Shown here piece by piece: positions 50,981 through 60,108 of a stretch of 64,000 nucleotides of DNA (position 1 is the stretch's first letter; each line of letters begins with the position of its first letter). The translations under genes and the position numbers were made by a program. The notes beneath the pieces were generated by a model. The model saw only the letters and a list, made by a program, of their open reading frames with translations. It was not told the DNA's origin and made no database searches. This stretch comes from an uncultured bacterium (GTDB lineage: Bacteria; Acidobacteriota; JAQAZP01). Where the stretch lies: the NCBI GenBank assembly GCA_965531145.1, contig CBESOE010000005.1, forward strand, positions 4,762 through 68,761, written 5' to 3'.

Positions 50981-53900
50981 ATGAACCGCCTGGCCGCTCT
51001 GGTGAGCCTCACCGCCGCCTGTGCCCTGATCTGTCTCTGGAGCCTGCACACAGTGCAGACGGACCGGGAACCGCCGAGGACGCCAAATCCCTGGTTCCAT
51101 GCCGAGCGGGCCTTCCCGCTGGGGCACATCCCACTCGAGCAGTGGCGAGCTGCACAGGAACAGGCCCGGCTGCTCAAGTCACAGACCCCGGCCCGCGGCG
51201 GCAACTGGGTCCCCCGGGGCCCGACCAACGTGGGCGGCCGGGTGACCGACGTGGCCGTGGATCCCACCGACGCCAACATCGTCTATGCCGGCGCCGCCGA
51301 GGGCGGTGTCCTGCGGACCACCGACGGCGGCCAGCACTGGACCCCGCTCTTTGACCAGCAGCCGAGCCTGGCCATCGGCGCACTGGCCATCGACCCCACG
51401 GACCGGGAAACCATCTACGCCGGCACCGGTGAGGTGAACCCGGGTGGCGGCAGCATGGCCTACGGCGGGGCGGGCCTCTTCCGTTCAACCGACATGGGGG
51501 ACAGCTGGACTCACCTGGGCCTGGGGAACAGCGGTTCCATCGGCCGGATCCGCATCGATCCCACCGACAACCAGCGCATCTTCGTCGCGGTGATGGGACA
51601 CCTCTGGGAGGGTTCAGCCGATCGCGGCGTTTACCGCAGCACCGACGGCGGCACCAGCTGGGAGAAGGTCCTCTACGTGGGGACGGAGACCGGCTGTGTC
51701 GACCTGGTGATGCGGCCGGACAACCCGGACGTGCTCTTCGCCGCCATGTGGGAGAGGATCCGCCAGCCCGAGTTCTACCGTTACGGTGGTGACACCTGCG
51801 GTGTCTACCGCACCACCGACGGCGGTGACAACTGGTCGCTGGTGGGCGGCGGGCTGCCGGCATCCACCACCGACAGCGGGCGGATCGGCCTCAGTATCTG
51901 TCACGACCAGCCCGATTTCATGCACGCCGTCTATGCCGACAAGACCGGCTACTTCGTCGGGCTTTACGCCTCGGGCAACGGCGGGGCCTCCTGGACCCGG
52001 ACCAACGACAGCGGCCTTTCCGGAGTCTTCTCCTCCTACGGCTGGTGGTTCGGCAACGTGCGCACCCACCCCCGCGACCCGGACACCGTCTTTGTCCTCG
52101 GCCTCGATTTCTACCGCAGCACCAACGGCGGCGCATCCTGGGGCTGGGCCGGCGGTTCCATGCACGTGGACCACCACGGTCTCGACTTCGGGCCCGGCAG
52201 TGACCCGGTGATCTACGAAGGGAACGATGGCGGGGTCTACCGCTCCACCAACGGCGGCACCGGCTGGGCCAAACTGCCTGACCTGCCCATCACCCAGATC
52301 TACCGGGCAGCCCTCGACGCCGGCAACCCCGACGCGCTGTATCACGGCGCCCAGGACAACGGCACCTCCCGCACCCTCAGCGGGGGGCTGGACGACTGGC
52401 AGTTTATTTACGGTGGGGACGGGTTCCAGCCGCTGGTTCACCCTCTCGACTCCAACCGCATCTGGGCCCAGTACCAGTATGGCGAGTTGGGCTATTCGGG
52501 CAATGGCGGTTCCTCCTTCTCCGGAGCCACCAGCGGCATCAGCAGCGGCGACCGACGCAACTGGAACTCGCCGCTGGTCCAGGATCCCACCGATCCCGAC
52601 CGCCGCTACTTCGGCACCAACAAGGTCTACCGCAGCACCGGCAACACCAGCTGGACCGCGGTGAGCCCGGACCTCACCGGCGGGCCGCACTCCGGCAACC
52701 CGGGACAGGTCAACGGCACTCTGACCACCCTGGCGGTGTCACCGCTGGACGGCCAGGTGATCTGGGCCGGCAGCGACGACGGCCACGTGGCGGTGACCGC
52801 CGACGGCGGCGGCAACTGGACCGACGTCTCGGCCAGCCTGCCCGTTCGCTGGATCACCGCGGTGCGGCCGTCCCCCCGGGACCGGGAGACGGCCCTGGTC
52901 ACCATCTCCGGCTACCGCTGGAGCGAACCCCTGCCCCACATCTTCCGTACCACCGACCTGGGCCAGACCTGGACGCCAGTGGCCGGCAACCTGCCCGAAG
53001 CGCCGGTCAACGACCTGGTACTCGACCCGCACGCTCCCGGCCGCTGGTATGCCGCCACCGATGTGGGGATTTTTGAGACCCTGAACAGTGGCGAAAGCTG
53101 GCACGCCCTGGGCAGTGGCCTGCCCGAGGTGGTGGTCCACGCCCTGGTCTTCCAACCGGAGACACGAACGCTGGTGGCCGGGACCTTCGGCCGCAGCATG
53201 TTTTCCATGGTGGTGGGCGACGGCACGGCTCAGCCACGGATCGTCACCGGCCCCGGTCCCGGCAGTGCCAACCCGCCGCTGGTCCGCACCTTCGATCCCC
53301 AGGCAACGGACACCCACCTGGCGGAGTGGACCGCCTACGGTGTGGACGCCTTTGGCGTGAACGCCGCCTGCGGCGACTTTGACGGTGACGGGCTGGACGA
53401 GATCGTCACCGGACCGGGCCCCGGCACCATGTTCGGCCCGCACCTCCGCGCCTTCGACGGCTGGGGCTCCCCGCTGCCCGGAGTGAACCTCCAGGCTTAC
53501 GGCACGCTGAAATACGGGTTGAACGTGGCCTGCGGGGACATCGACGGTGACGGCATGGACGAGATCCTCACCGGCGCCGGTCCGGGGGCCGTGTTCGGGC
53601 CCCACGTGCGCGGGTGGAACGTGGACGGCGCCACGGCGGCCGCCATGCCGGGGGTCAACTACCTGGCCTACGGCACCAACAAATTCGGGGTCAACGTGGC
53701 CTGCGGCGACATTGACGGCGACGGGGCCGACGAAATCGTCACCGGCGCCGGGCCGGGCGCGGTGTTCGGACCCCACGTGCGGGGCTGGGACCATGACGGC
53801 GGGACCACCGTCCCGATCCCCGGGGTGAGTTACTTTGCCTACGGTACGCTCAAGTTCGGGGTCAACGTGGCCTGCGGCGACATCGACGGCGACGGCTTCG

Positions 53901-54241
53901 ACGAGATCGTCACCGGCGCCGGGCCCGGGGCGATCTTCGGCGCCCACCTGCGGGCCTGGAACTACGATGGTTCCGCCATCACCCCGGTGGCGGCGGTGAA
54001 CCTCTTCGCCTATCCCCCGGCTGAATTCCGTTACGGTGTCCGGATCGCGACCCTCGACCTGGACGATGACGGAGTCGCCGAAATCCTCACCGTCCCCGGC
54101 CCCGACCCGGACCGGCCCGCCCTGGTGCGCGCCTGGCGGGTGGGCGGCGGCAGCACCACGCTGGTGGACACGGTGGACTTTGACGCCTACTCCGAGTTGC
54201 AGCTGACCAGCGGGGGCACCGTGGCCGGCGGCCGGTTCTGA
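50981..54241 (+). CDS. secreted BNR/Asp-box (sortilin-like) head fused to the C-terminal five-loop propeller module
   Basis: ORF 50870..54241, with the start moved to ATG 50981. Signal peptide MNRLAALVSLTAACALICLWS. At least 10 Asp-boxes are present, including TTDGGQHWTPL, STDMGDSWTHL, STDGGTSWEKV, TTDGGDNWSLV, STNGGASWGWA, TADGGGNWTDV and TTDLGQTWTPV. The module is encoded at about 53237-54241. Confidence 0.88.
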   Translation: MNRLAALVSLTAACALICLWSLHTVQTDREPPRTPNPWFHAERAFPLGHIPLEQWRAAQEQARLLKSQTPARGGNWVPRGPTNVGGRVTDVAVDPTDANIVYAGAAEGGVLRTTDGGQHWTPLFDQQPSLAIGALAIDPTDRETIYAGTGEVNPGGGSMAYGGAGLFRSTDMGDSWTHLGLGNSGSIGRIRIDPTDNQRIFVAVMGHLWEGSADRGVYRSTDGGTSWEKVLYVGTETGCVDLVMRPDNPDVLFAAMWERIRQPEFYRYGGDTCGVYRTTDGGDNWSLVGGGLPASTTDSGRIGLSICHDQPDFMHAVYADKTGYFVGLYASGNGGASWTRTNDSGLSGVFSSYGWWFGNVRTHPRDPDTVFVLGLDFYRSTNGGASWGWAGGSMHVDHHGLDFGPGSDPVIYEGNDGGVYRSTNGGTGWAKLPDLPITQIYRAALDAGNPDALYHGAQDNGTSRTLSGGLDDWQFIYGGDGFQPLVHPLDSNRIWAQYQYGELGYSGNGGSSFSGATSGISSGDRRNWNSPLVQDPTDPDRRYFGTNKVYRSTGNTSWTAVSPDLTGGPHSGNPGQVNGTLTTLAVSPLDGQVIWAGSDDGHVAVTADGGGNWTDVSASLPVRWITAVRPSPRDRETALVTISGYRWSEPLPHIFRTTDLGQTWTPVAGNLPEAPVNDLVLDPHAPGRWYAATDVGIFETLNSGESWHALGSGLPEVVVHALVFQPETRTLVAGTFGRSMFSMVVGDGTAQPRIVTGPGPGSANPPLVRTFDPQATDTHLAEWTAYGVDAFGVNAACGDFDGDGLDEIVTGPGPGTMFGPHLRAFDGWGSPLPGVNLQAYGTLKYGLNVACGDIDGDGMDEILTGAGPGAVFGPHVRGWNVDGATAAAMPGVNYLAYGTNKFGVNVACGDIDGDGADEIVTGAGPGAVFGPHVRGWDHDGGTTVPIPGVSYFAYGTLKFGVNVACGDIDGDGFDEIVTGAGPGAIFGAHLRAWNYDGSAITPVAAVNLFAYPPAEFRYGVRIATLDLDDDGVAEILTVPGPDPDRPALVRAWRVGGGSTTLVDTVDFDAYSELQLTSGGTVAGGRF

Positions 54242-54320
54242 GAAGCAGCCACCAGGCCGGGTGCAGTTCTGCCCGCTGGAGACCGAAGAGAACTTTGTGG
54301 ATCACTGATGGAGGACATCG

Positions 54321-54878
54321 ATGATTTTCTTACTGGTTCTGCTCGCGACAGCGGCGGTGGTTCTCTTCTGGGGAGTCGCTATCTACAACAAACTGGTGAA
54401 GCTCAGGAACCACGTCGAGGAGGGCGCCAGCGGCATCGACGTGCAGCTGAAACGCCGGGCGGACCTGATTCCCAATCTGCTGGAAACGGTCAAGGGATAC
54501 ATGGCCCACGAAAAAGGCACCCTCGAAGAGGTGACCCGCATGCGGGCCCGCTGTCTCGACGCCGGCAGCCTCGGCGAGAAGGGCCAGGCCGAAGGGCTGC
54601 TGGGCGCAGCTCTGGGCCGGCTCTTTGCCGTGGCCGAGAACTACCCCGACCTGAAGGCGGACAAGAATTTCGCCGAACTGCAGGAAGCACTGGAGGATGT
54701 GGAGGAACAGATCCAGCTCTCCCGCCGCTACTACAACGGGACGGCGCGCAACATGAACATCCAGGTGGAGTCCTTCCCGTCGAACCTGGTGGCCAACGCC
54801 TTCGGCTTTGCCACGGCCGAATATTTTGAAATCGAGGAACCGGGGGAGCGCCAGGTTCCCAAGGTGGAATTCAACTAG
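54321..54878 (+). CDS. lemA: LemA family membrane protein
   Basis: 185 aa. N-terminal TM helix, then YNKLVKLRNHVEEGASGIDVQLKRRADLIPNLLETVKGY...ENYPDLKAD...LSRRYYNGTARNMN. Confidence 0.92.
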   Translation: MIFLLVLLATAAVVLFWGVAIYNKLVKLRNHVEEGASGIDVQLKRRADLIPNLLETVKGYMAHEKGTLEEVTRMRARCLDAGSLGEKGQAEGLLGAALGRLFAVAENYPDLKADKNFAELQEALEDVEEQIQLSRRYYNGTARNMNIQVESFPSNLVANAFGFATAEYFEIEEPGERQVPKVEFN

Positions 54879-54881
54879 GAC

Positions 54882-56813
54882 ATGTCGATATCGCGAACAG
54901 CACTGCTGGTTCTGACCCTGGCCGGGATGCTGCTGGCGGCACCGCCGGCTGGTGCTGACGAGGGGCCCGAACGGATCCTCCTTTTCAGCAGCCTGATCCG
55001 CGTCCACCCCGACTCCAGCGTCACGGTCACCGAGACCATCCGGGTCAACTGCCGCCGGGAGGAGATCAAACGGGGCATCGTCCGCGCCTTTCCCACCACC
55101 TACACCAACCGCTTTGACAAAAGGGTGACGGTTCGTTTCGATGTCACCGAGGTGCTCCGTGACGGCCGACCCGAGCCCTACCACCTGAAAAGGGAAACCA
55201 ACGGGATCCGGATCTTCGTGGGCCGGGAGGAGGTCCACCTGGACACCGGTGAATACGCCTACAGCCTAACCTATGTCACCGACCGGCAGCTGGGCTATTT
55301 CGATGATTTCGACGAGCTCTACTGGAACGTCACCGGCACGGAGTGGAGCCTGCCCATGGACCGGGCCGAGGCGCGGATCGAACTCCCTTCCGGCGCCCGG
55401 GTGATTCAGCACTACGGCTACACCGGCCCCGAGGGCGCCGCCGGCAGTGACTACCAGACCGACAGACAGGGTGACAACAGCATCATCTTCAGCACCACCA
55501 GGCCGCTGAAACCCTACGAGGGACTCAGCGTGGCCGTTGCCTGGCCCAAGGGGTTCGTCCGTCAGCCCACGGCTGCGGAAAAACTGGGCCACGCGGTGAA
55601 GGACAACGCCTCCACCATCGCCGGCGCGGTCTGGTTCGTCTTTCTGCTGCTCTACTACTTCGCGGCCTGGCTGGCCGTGGGCCGCGACCCGGCCCGCGGA
55701 ACCGTCATCCCGCTCTACGAGCCGCCCGAGGGGCTCTCGCCGGCGGCCATGCGTTTCATTCACCGCATGGGCTTCGACCACAAGACCTTTGCCACCGCCG
55801 TAGTGGACCTGGCGGTGAAGGGCAAGCTGACCATCAAGGAGAAGAGTAAAGTCTTCACCCTGCGCAAGATAACAGACAGCGGCAGCGACGGATTGAGCCG
55901 GGGCGAAAAAAAGGTGATGGAAAAACTGCTGACGCACAGAGCCGCCATCACCTTGAAGAACACCAATCACAAGACGATCAAGGGGGCGATGGATGCCCTG
56001 AAGAAGAGCCTGAGCACCGAGTGCGAAAAGGTCTACTTCGTGGCCAACCGGGTCTTTTTCATCCCCGGCCTGGTCTTCACCCTGCTGGCCGTACTCACCA
56101 TCGTGCTCATGCCCCCGGTACGGCCGGAGGCCCTGTTCATAGCCGCCTGGCTCACCATCTGGTCCTTTGGCTGTTTCGCCATCGTACTCAAGCTCTGGCG
56201 CAGCCTGCGTGACGCCTTTTCCCGCCGGCAGGGCCGGGCCGTGGCGTTGATCCAGACCGCGGTGATGGGCGCCTTCCTCACCCCCTTCCTCGGCGGCGAA
56301 GTGGTGGGGCTGGTTTTCTTTGCCAAAGTCATGTCCTTCGGCGCCACCGTGGCCCTGGGGGGGATCCTGCTGTTAAACGTGGGCTTCTACCAGTTGCTCA
56401 AGGCTCCCACCCCGGTGGGCCGCAAACTGATGGACCGCATCGAGGGTTTCCGGCTTTTTCTCTCAGTGGCGGAAAAGGAGCGCCTGGAGTTTCTGCACCC
56501 GCCGGACCGCACCCCGGAACTGTTCGAACGGTTTCTGCCCCACGCCATGGCGTTGGACGTGGAGAACCAGTGGAGCAGTCAGTTCGTAAAGGTATTAGCG
56601 GTGGGACCGGAGGAGAGCAACGGCTGGTCGCCGTCCTGGTATTCGGGAAAATCCTGGAGCGGCCTGGACACCGCCGGCTTCGCCTCAGGACTGGGCAGTT
56701 CTTTCTCCGGCGCCATTGCCTCGTCCTCCAGCGCACCCGGCTCCTCCTCGGGCAGCAGTGGCGGCGGTTCCTCGGGGGGCGGCGGTGGTGGTGGCGGAGG
56801 GGGCGGCTGGTAG
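54882..56813 (+). CDS. DUF2207-type membrane protein
   Basis: 643 aa, starting 3 nt after the lemA stop. Signal peptide, a periplasmic domain (ILLFSSLIRVHPDSSVTVTETIRV), several TM helices and a Gly/Ser tail (SSGSSGGGSSGGGGGGGGGGGW) typical of the family. Confidence 0.88.
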   Translation: MSISRTALLVLTLAGMLLAAPPAGADEGPERILLFSSLIRVHPDSSVTVTETIRVNCRREEIKRGIVRAFPTTYTNRFDKRVTVRFDVTEVLRDGRPEPYHLKRETNGIRIFVGREEVHLDTGEYAYSLTYVTDRQLGYFDDFDELYWNVTGTEWSLPMDRAEARIELPSGARVIQHYGYTGPEGAAGSDYQTDRQGDNSIIFSTTRPLKPYEGLSVAVAWPKGFVRQPTAAEKLGHAVKDNASTIAGAVWFVFLLLYYFAAWLAVGRDPARGTVIPLYEPPEGLSPAAMRFIHRMGFDHKTFATAVVDLAVKGKLTIKEKSKVFTLRKITDSGSDGLSRGEKKVMEKLLTHRAAITLKNTNHKTIKGAMDALKKSLSTECEKVYFVANRVFFIPGLVFTLLAVLTIVLMPPVRPEALFIAAWLTIWSFGCFAIVLKLWRSLRDAFSRRQGRAVALIQTAVMGAFLTPFLGGEVVGLVFFAKVMSFGATVALGGILLLNVGFYQLLKAPTPVGRKLMDRIEGFRLFLSVAEKERLEFLHPPDRTPELFERFLPHAMALDVENQWSSQFVKVLAVGPEESNGWSPSWYSGKSWSGLDTAGFASGLGSSFSGAIASSSSAPGSSSGSSGGGSSGGGGGGGGGGGW

Positions 56814-56860
56814 TCGCCCGGGTGTTTGATCATGATAAAACCATCCAATGGAGTTGTCCC

Positions 56861-59800
56861 ATGGCCAGGCTCACCCTGATCTGGATCATTCTGCTGACGG
56901 CGATCCAAACCGGTGCGGCCGGTGCCGTGCCCGGGCAGGGACCCGATATTGAGTTCAAAGAGATCTCAATCGAAAACGGACTCTCCCAGAGCATCGTGGA
57001 GTGCATCATCCAGGATCGCCGCGGTTTCCTCTGGTTCGGTACCGAGGATGGGCTGAACAGATACGACGGGTATGATTTCACCGTGTTCCGCAATGACCCC
57101 GATGAGCGGAATACGCTGAGTTACAACCACATCCTTTCACTGTGCGAGGATCGTCAGGGCCGGATCTGGATCGGCACCTTCCAGGGTGGTCTTAACCGCT
57201 ACGACCCGGCGACCCGCCGGTTCGACCTCTTCCAGCACGACCCGGACGACGCTTCGAGCCTCAGCAACAACAACATCAACCGCATCGTTGAAGGCCGGAG
57301 CGGCCTGCTCTGGATCGGCACCGACCACGGCCTGAACAGCTTCGACCCGGTCACCGAGACATTCACCCGCTACTTGAGCGACCAGGACAGTTCGGTGGGT
57401 TCCGGCCGCAGCGTGATCCGGGCGATCCACGAGGCCCCCTCCGGTGACCTCTGGATCGGCACCGCCGGCGGGGGTCTCGGCTGCTTCGATCGGAACCGTA
57501 TTGGATTCACCTGGTACCGGCACGATCCCGAAGACCAGCACAGTTTGAGCCACGACAGCGTCCGGGTGATCTACACCGACAGTGGACGCACGCTGTGGGT
57601 CGGAACCGTTGGGGGCGGGCTGAACCGCTTTGACCCGGCAGACGAATCCTTCGATTCGTTCCGCAACCGGACCGGCGATCCGTTCAGCCTGAGCAATGAC
57701 CAGGTCTATGCCATACACGAGGATCGCAACGACGGGTTCTGGGTCGGAACCAACGGTGGAGGCCTCAACCTGTTCGATCGGGAGGAAGAAGTCTTCCACC
57801 GCTACCAGAACGATCCCAACGACCCCACCAGCCTGAGTTACGATGAAATATACGATATCCATGAGGACAGTTCAGGCGTTATCTGGCTCGGGACATACGG
57901 CGGCGGAACCAACCGCTTTGACCGTAACAAAAAGGGGTTCACCCACTACCAACCGGATCCCAACAACCCGAACAGCCTGTCCGGCGACATCGTCTGGTCG
58001 ATTCACGAGGACGAGACGGGAGCTCTCTGGATCGGGACCCACGGCGGCGGGCTGAACCGTCTGGACCGCTCCACCGGGCACTACTCCCACTTCCGCCACG
58101 ACCCTGATGACGCCACCAGCCTGTCCAGTGATATCGTGCGGGTGATCTACGCCGACAGCGATGGCACTATCTGGATCGGAACCCACGGCGGCGGAATCTG
58201 CCGCTTCGACCGGGAAAACGGAACGTTCCTTTCCCACCGGCATGATCCGGATAGTCCCCACAGCCTGAGTCATGACGAGATCAGGGCGTTATACGAAGAC
58301 CGCGCCGGCTTTTTCTGGGTGGGAACCAACGGCGGCGGCCTGAACCGGTTCGACCGGGAGAGCGGAACGTTTGTCACCTACTGCAACGACCCGGACCTTG
58401 CCGACAGTCTGAGCAACGACTTTGTCCGAGTTATCCTGGAGGACAGACAGGGCACATTCTGGATCGGGACCCAGGGTGGCGGGCTCAATGTCCTTGATCG
58501 GGAAACCGGTGAATTCACCCACTACCGCGCCGACCCGGAGAACCCGGACAGCCTGAGCAATGACTACATTTTCTCGATTCACGAAGACCGCTCGGGCACC
58601 ATCTGGATCGGCACCTGGGGTGGAGGGATCAACCGCTTCAACCGGGAGAGCGGCACCTTCAGCCACTACACGGAAAATGACGGGCTCTCCAACAACTCGG
58701 TCTACGGAATTCTCGAGGACGACCAGAATCGGTTCTGGCTGAGCACCAACTATGGTCTTTCCAATTTCGACCCCCGCAGCGAAACGTTCAGCAACTACAC
58801 CATGGAGGACGGCCTGCAGAGCAATGAGTTCAACGGCGGCTCATTCCATCGCAGTCCCGGCGGAGAGCTGTTTTTTGGCGGCATCAACGGATTCAACGCC
58901 TTCATTCCTGCGGAGATCCATCACAATCCGCATGTCCCGCCGGTGGTTCTCACCTCGTTCCTGAAACTGAACCAACGGGTGCCGCTGGAAAAGCCGATCT
59001 GGGAACTGGAGGAGCTGGTTCTCTCCCACCGGGACTACGTCTTCTCCTTCGAGTTCGCGGCGCTGGATTTCACCGCCCCGAACAAGAACCGCTACGCCTA
59101 CATGATGGAAGGTCTCGACGAGGACTGGATCGAGACCGACGCGTCCCGGAGAATTGCCACCTACACCACACTGTCCCCGGGGAAATACACCTTCCGCGTC
59201 AAGGGATCCAACAACGACGGTATCTGGAACGAAACCGGCGCCTCGATCAGGCTGAATATCACCCCGCCGTTCTGGCGGACCTGGTCCTTTCGGATACTGG
59301 CCTTCTGCGTCCTGCTCTCCCTGATCTACCCGTTCTACAAACGTAGAGTGCGCAACGAACGGATGGCTGCCGAACTGCAGGCCGCCCACGTGGCCCAGAT
59401 GTCGATCATGCCCCATGACGACCCCCGGGTGCCGGGTCTCGACATCTCCGGAGTCACCCGGCCGGCCAACGAGGTGGGAGGCGATTTCTATGATTACTTC
59501 TGGCTCGACGAGGAGCGCCGGCGGTTTGGCATTGCGGTGGGGGATGTATCGGGCAAAGCGATGCAGGCGGCGATGATCGCCGTCATGTCCTCGGGAATGA
59601 TCTGCTCGGAAGTGGTCGGGGGAGGCTCCACGGCCCACATCATGACCAGCCTCAACCGTCCGCTCTTCCGCAAAACCTCAGGGAAAATGTTCGTCTCGCT
59701 GCTGCTGGCCGCCATCGACACCGGGACCAGGCAATTGAGTTTTTCCAACGCCGGATTCAGCCACCCGCTGCTCAAATCGGGTGGGACCATCACCATCCTG

Positions 59801-60103
59801 GAGCGTGAGGGGCCCAGGTTTCCACTGGGCGTGGTGGCGGAAACCGAATACCTCGAACGGACGGTCCAACTCCAGGCCGGGGATGTTTTTGTGCTCTACT
59901 CCGACGGGATCCCCGAGGCCGTTGATGCCGAGCAAAATCTCTACGAACTGGAGGCGCTACAGAGATTACTGGCCCGCATGGACACCGACCCACTGCCGGC
60001 AGAGGAGATAAAGGAACGGATCATCCGCGACGTGCTCCTCTTCACCGGCCGCTCCCCCCAGGCCGACGACATGACCGTGGTGGTGGTCAAGGTAAGCCCT
60101 TGA
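56861..60103 (+). CDS. Reg_prop double beta-propeller + Y_Y_Y + TM + PP2C/SpoIIE phosphatase
   Basis: ORF 56570..60103, with the start moved to ATG 56861. Signal peptide MARLTLIWIILLTAIQTGAAGA. 14 repeats of the type (L/I/F)W(I/V)GT.GGGLNR(F/Y)D with DP.D..SLS spacers. One TM helix (WSFRILAFCVLLSLIYPF). C-terminal EVGGDFYDY...GIAVGDVSGKAMQAAM...DDMTVVVVKV. Confidence 0.9.
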   Translation: MARLTLIWIILLTAIQTGAAGAVPGQGPDIEFKEISIENGLSQSIVECIIQDRRGFLWFGTEDGLNRYDGYDFTVFRNDPDERNTLSYNHILSLCEDRQGRIWIGTFQGGLNRYDPATRRFDLFQHDPDDASSLSNNNINRIVEGRSGLLWIGTDHGLNSFDPVTETFTRYLSDQDSSVGSGRSVIRAIHEAPSGDLWIGTAGGGLGCFDRNRIGFTWYRHDPEDQHSLSHDSVRVIYTDSGRTLWVGTVGGGLNRFDPADESFDSFRNRTGDPFSLSNDQVYAIHEDRNDGFWVGTNGGGLNLFDREEEVFHRYQNDPNDPTSLSYDEIYDIHEDSSGVIWLGTYGGGTNRFDRNKKGFTHYQPDPNNPNSLSGDIVWSIHEDETGALWIGTHGGGLNRLDRSTGHYSHFRHDPDDATSLSSDIVRVIYADSDGTIWIGTHGGGICRFDRENGTFLSHRHDPDSPHSLSHDEIRALYEDRAGFFWVGTNGGGLNRFDRESGTFVTYCNDPDLADSLSNDFVRVILEDRQGTFWIGTQGGGLNVLDRETGEFTHYRADPENPDSLSNDYIFSIHEDRSGTIWIGTWGGGINRFNRESGTFSHYTENDGLSNNSVYGILEDDQNRFWLSTNYGLSNFDPRSETFSNYTMEDGLQSNEFNGGSFHRSPGGELFFGGINGFNAFIPAEIHHNPHVPPVVLTSFLKLNQRVPLEKPIWELEELVLSHRDYVFSFEFAALDFTAPNKNRYAYMMEGLDEDWIETDASRRIATYTTLSPGKYTFRVKGSNNDGIWNETGASIRLNITPPFWRTWSFRILAFCVLLSLIYPFYKRRVRNERMAAELQAAHVAQMSIMPHDDPRVPGLDISGVTRPANEVGGDFYDYFWLDEERRRFGIAVGDVSGKAMQAAMIAVMSSGMICSEVVGGGSTAHIMTSLNRPLFRKTSGKMFVSLLLAAIDTGTRQLSFSNAGFSHPLLKSGGTITILEREGPRFPLGVVAETEYLERTVQLQAGDVFVLYSDGIPEAVDAEQNLYELEALQRLLARMDTDPLPAEEIKERIIRDVLLFTGRSPQADDMTVVVVKVSP

Positions 60104-60108
60104 TCTAC

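Noticed and set aside
54308-54829. 173-aa ORF overlapping lemA in another frame
   Set aside because: The LemA frame (54321..54878) has the unmistakable family sequence. This frame is Arg/Gly/Pro-rich noise.
56738-56813. Poly-Gly/Ser C-terminal tail (…GGGSSGGGGGGGGGGGW)
   Set aside because: It looked unusual, but as far as I recall such Gly-rich tails are a normal feature of DUF2207 proteins. Not reported as novel.
56579-56908. Minus-strand ORF encoding a PPPPPPPPPPPP run
   Set aside because: It is the reverse complement of the poly-Gly tail codons of the DUF2207 gene, not a proline-rich protein.
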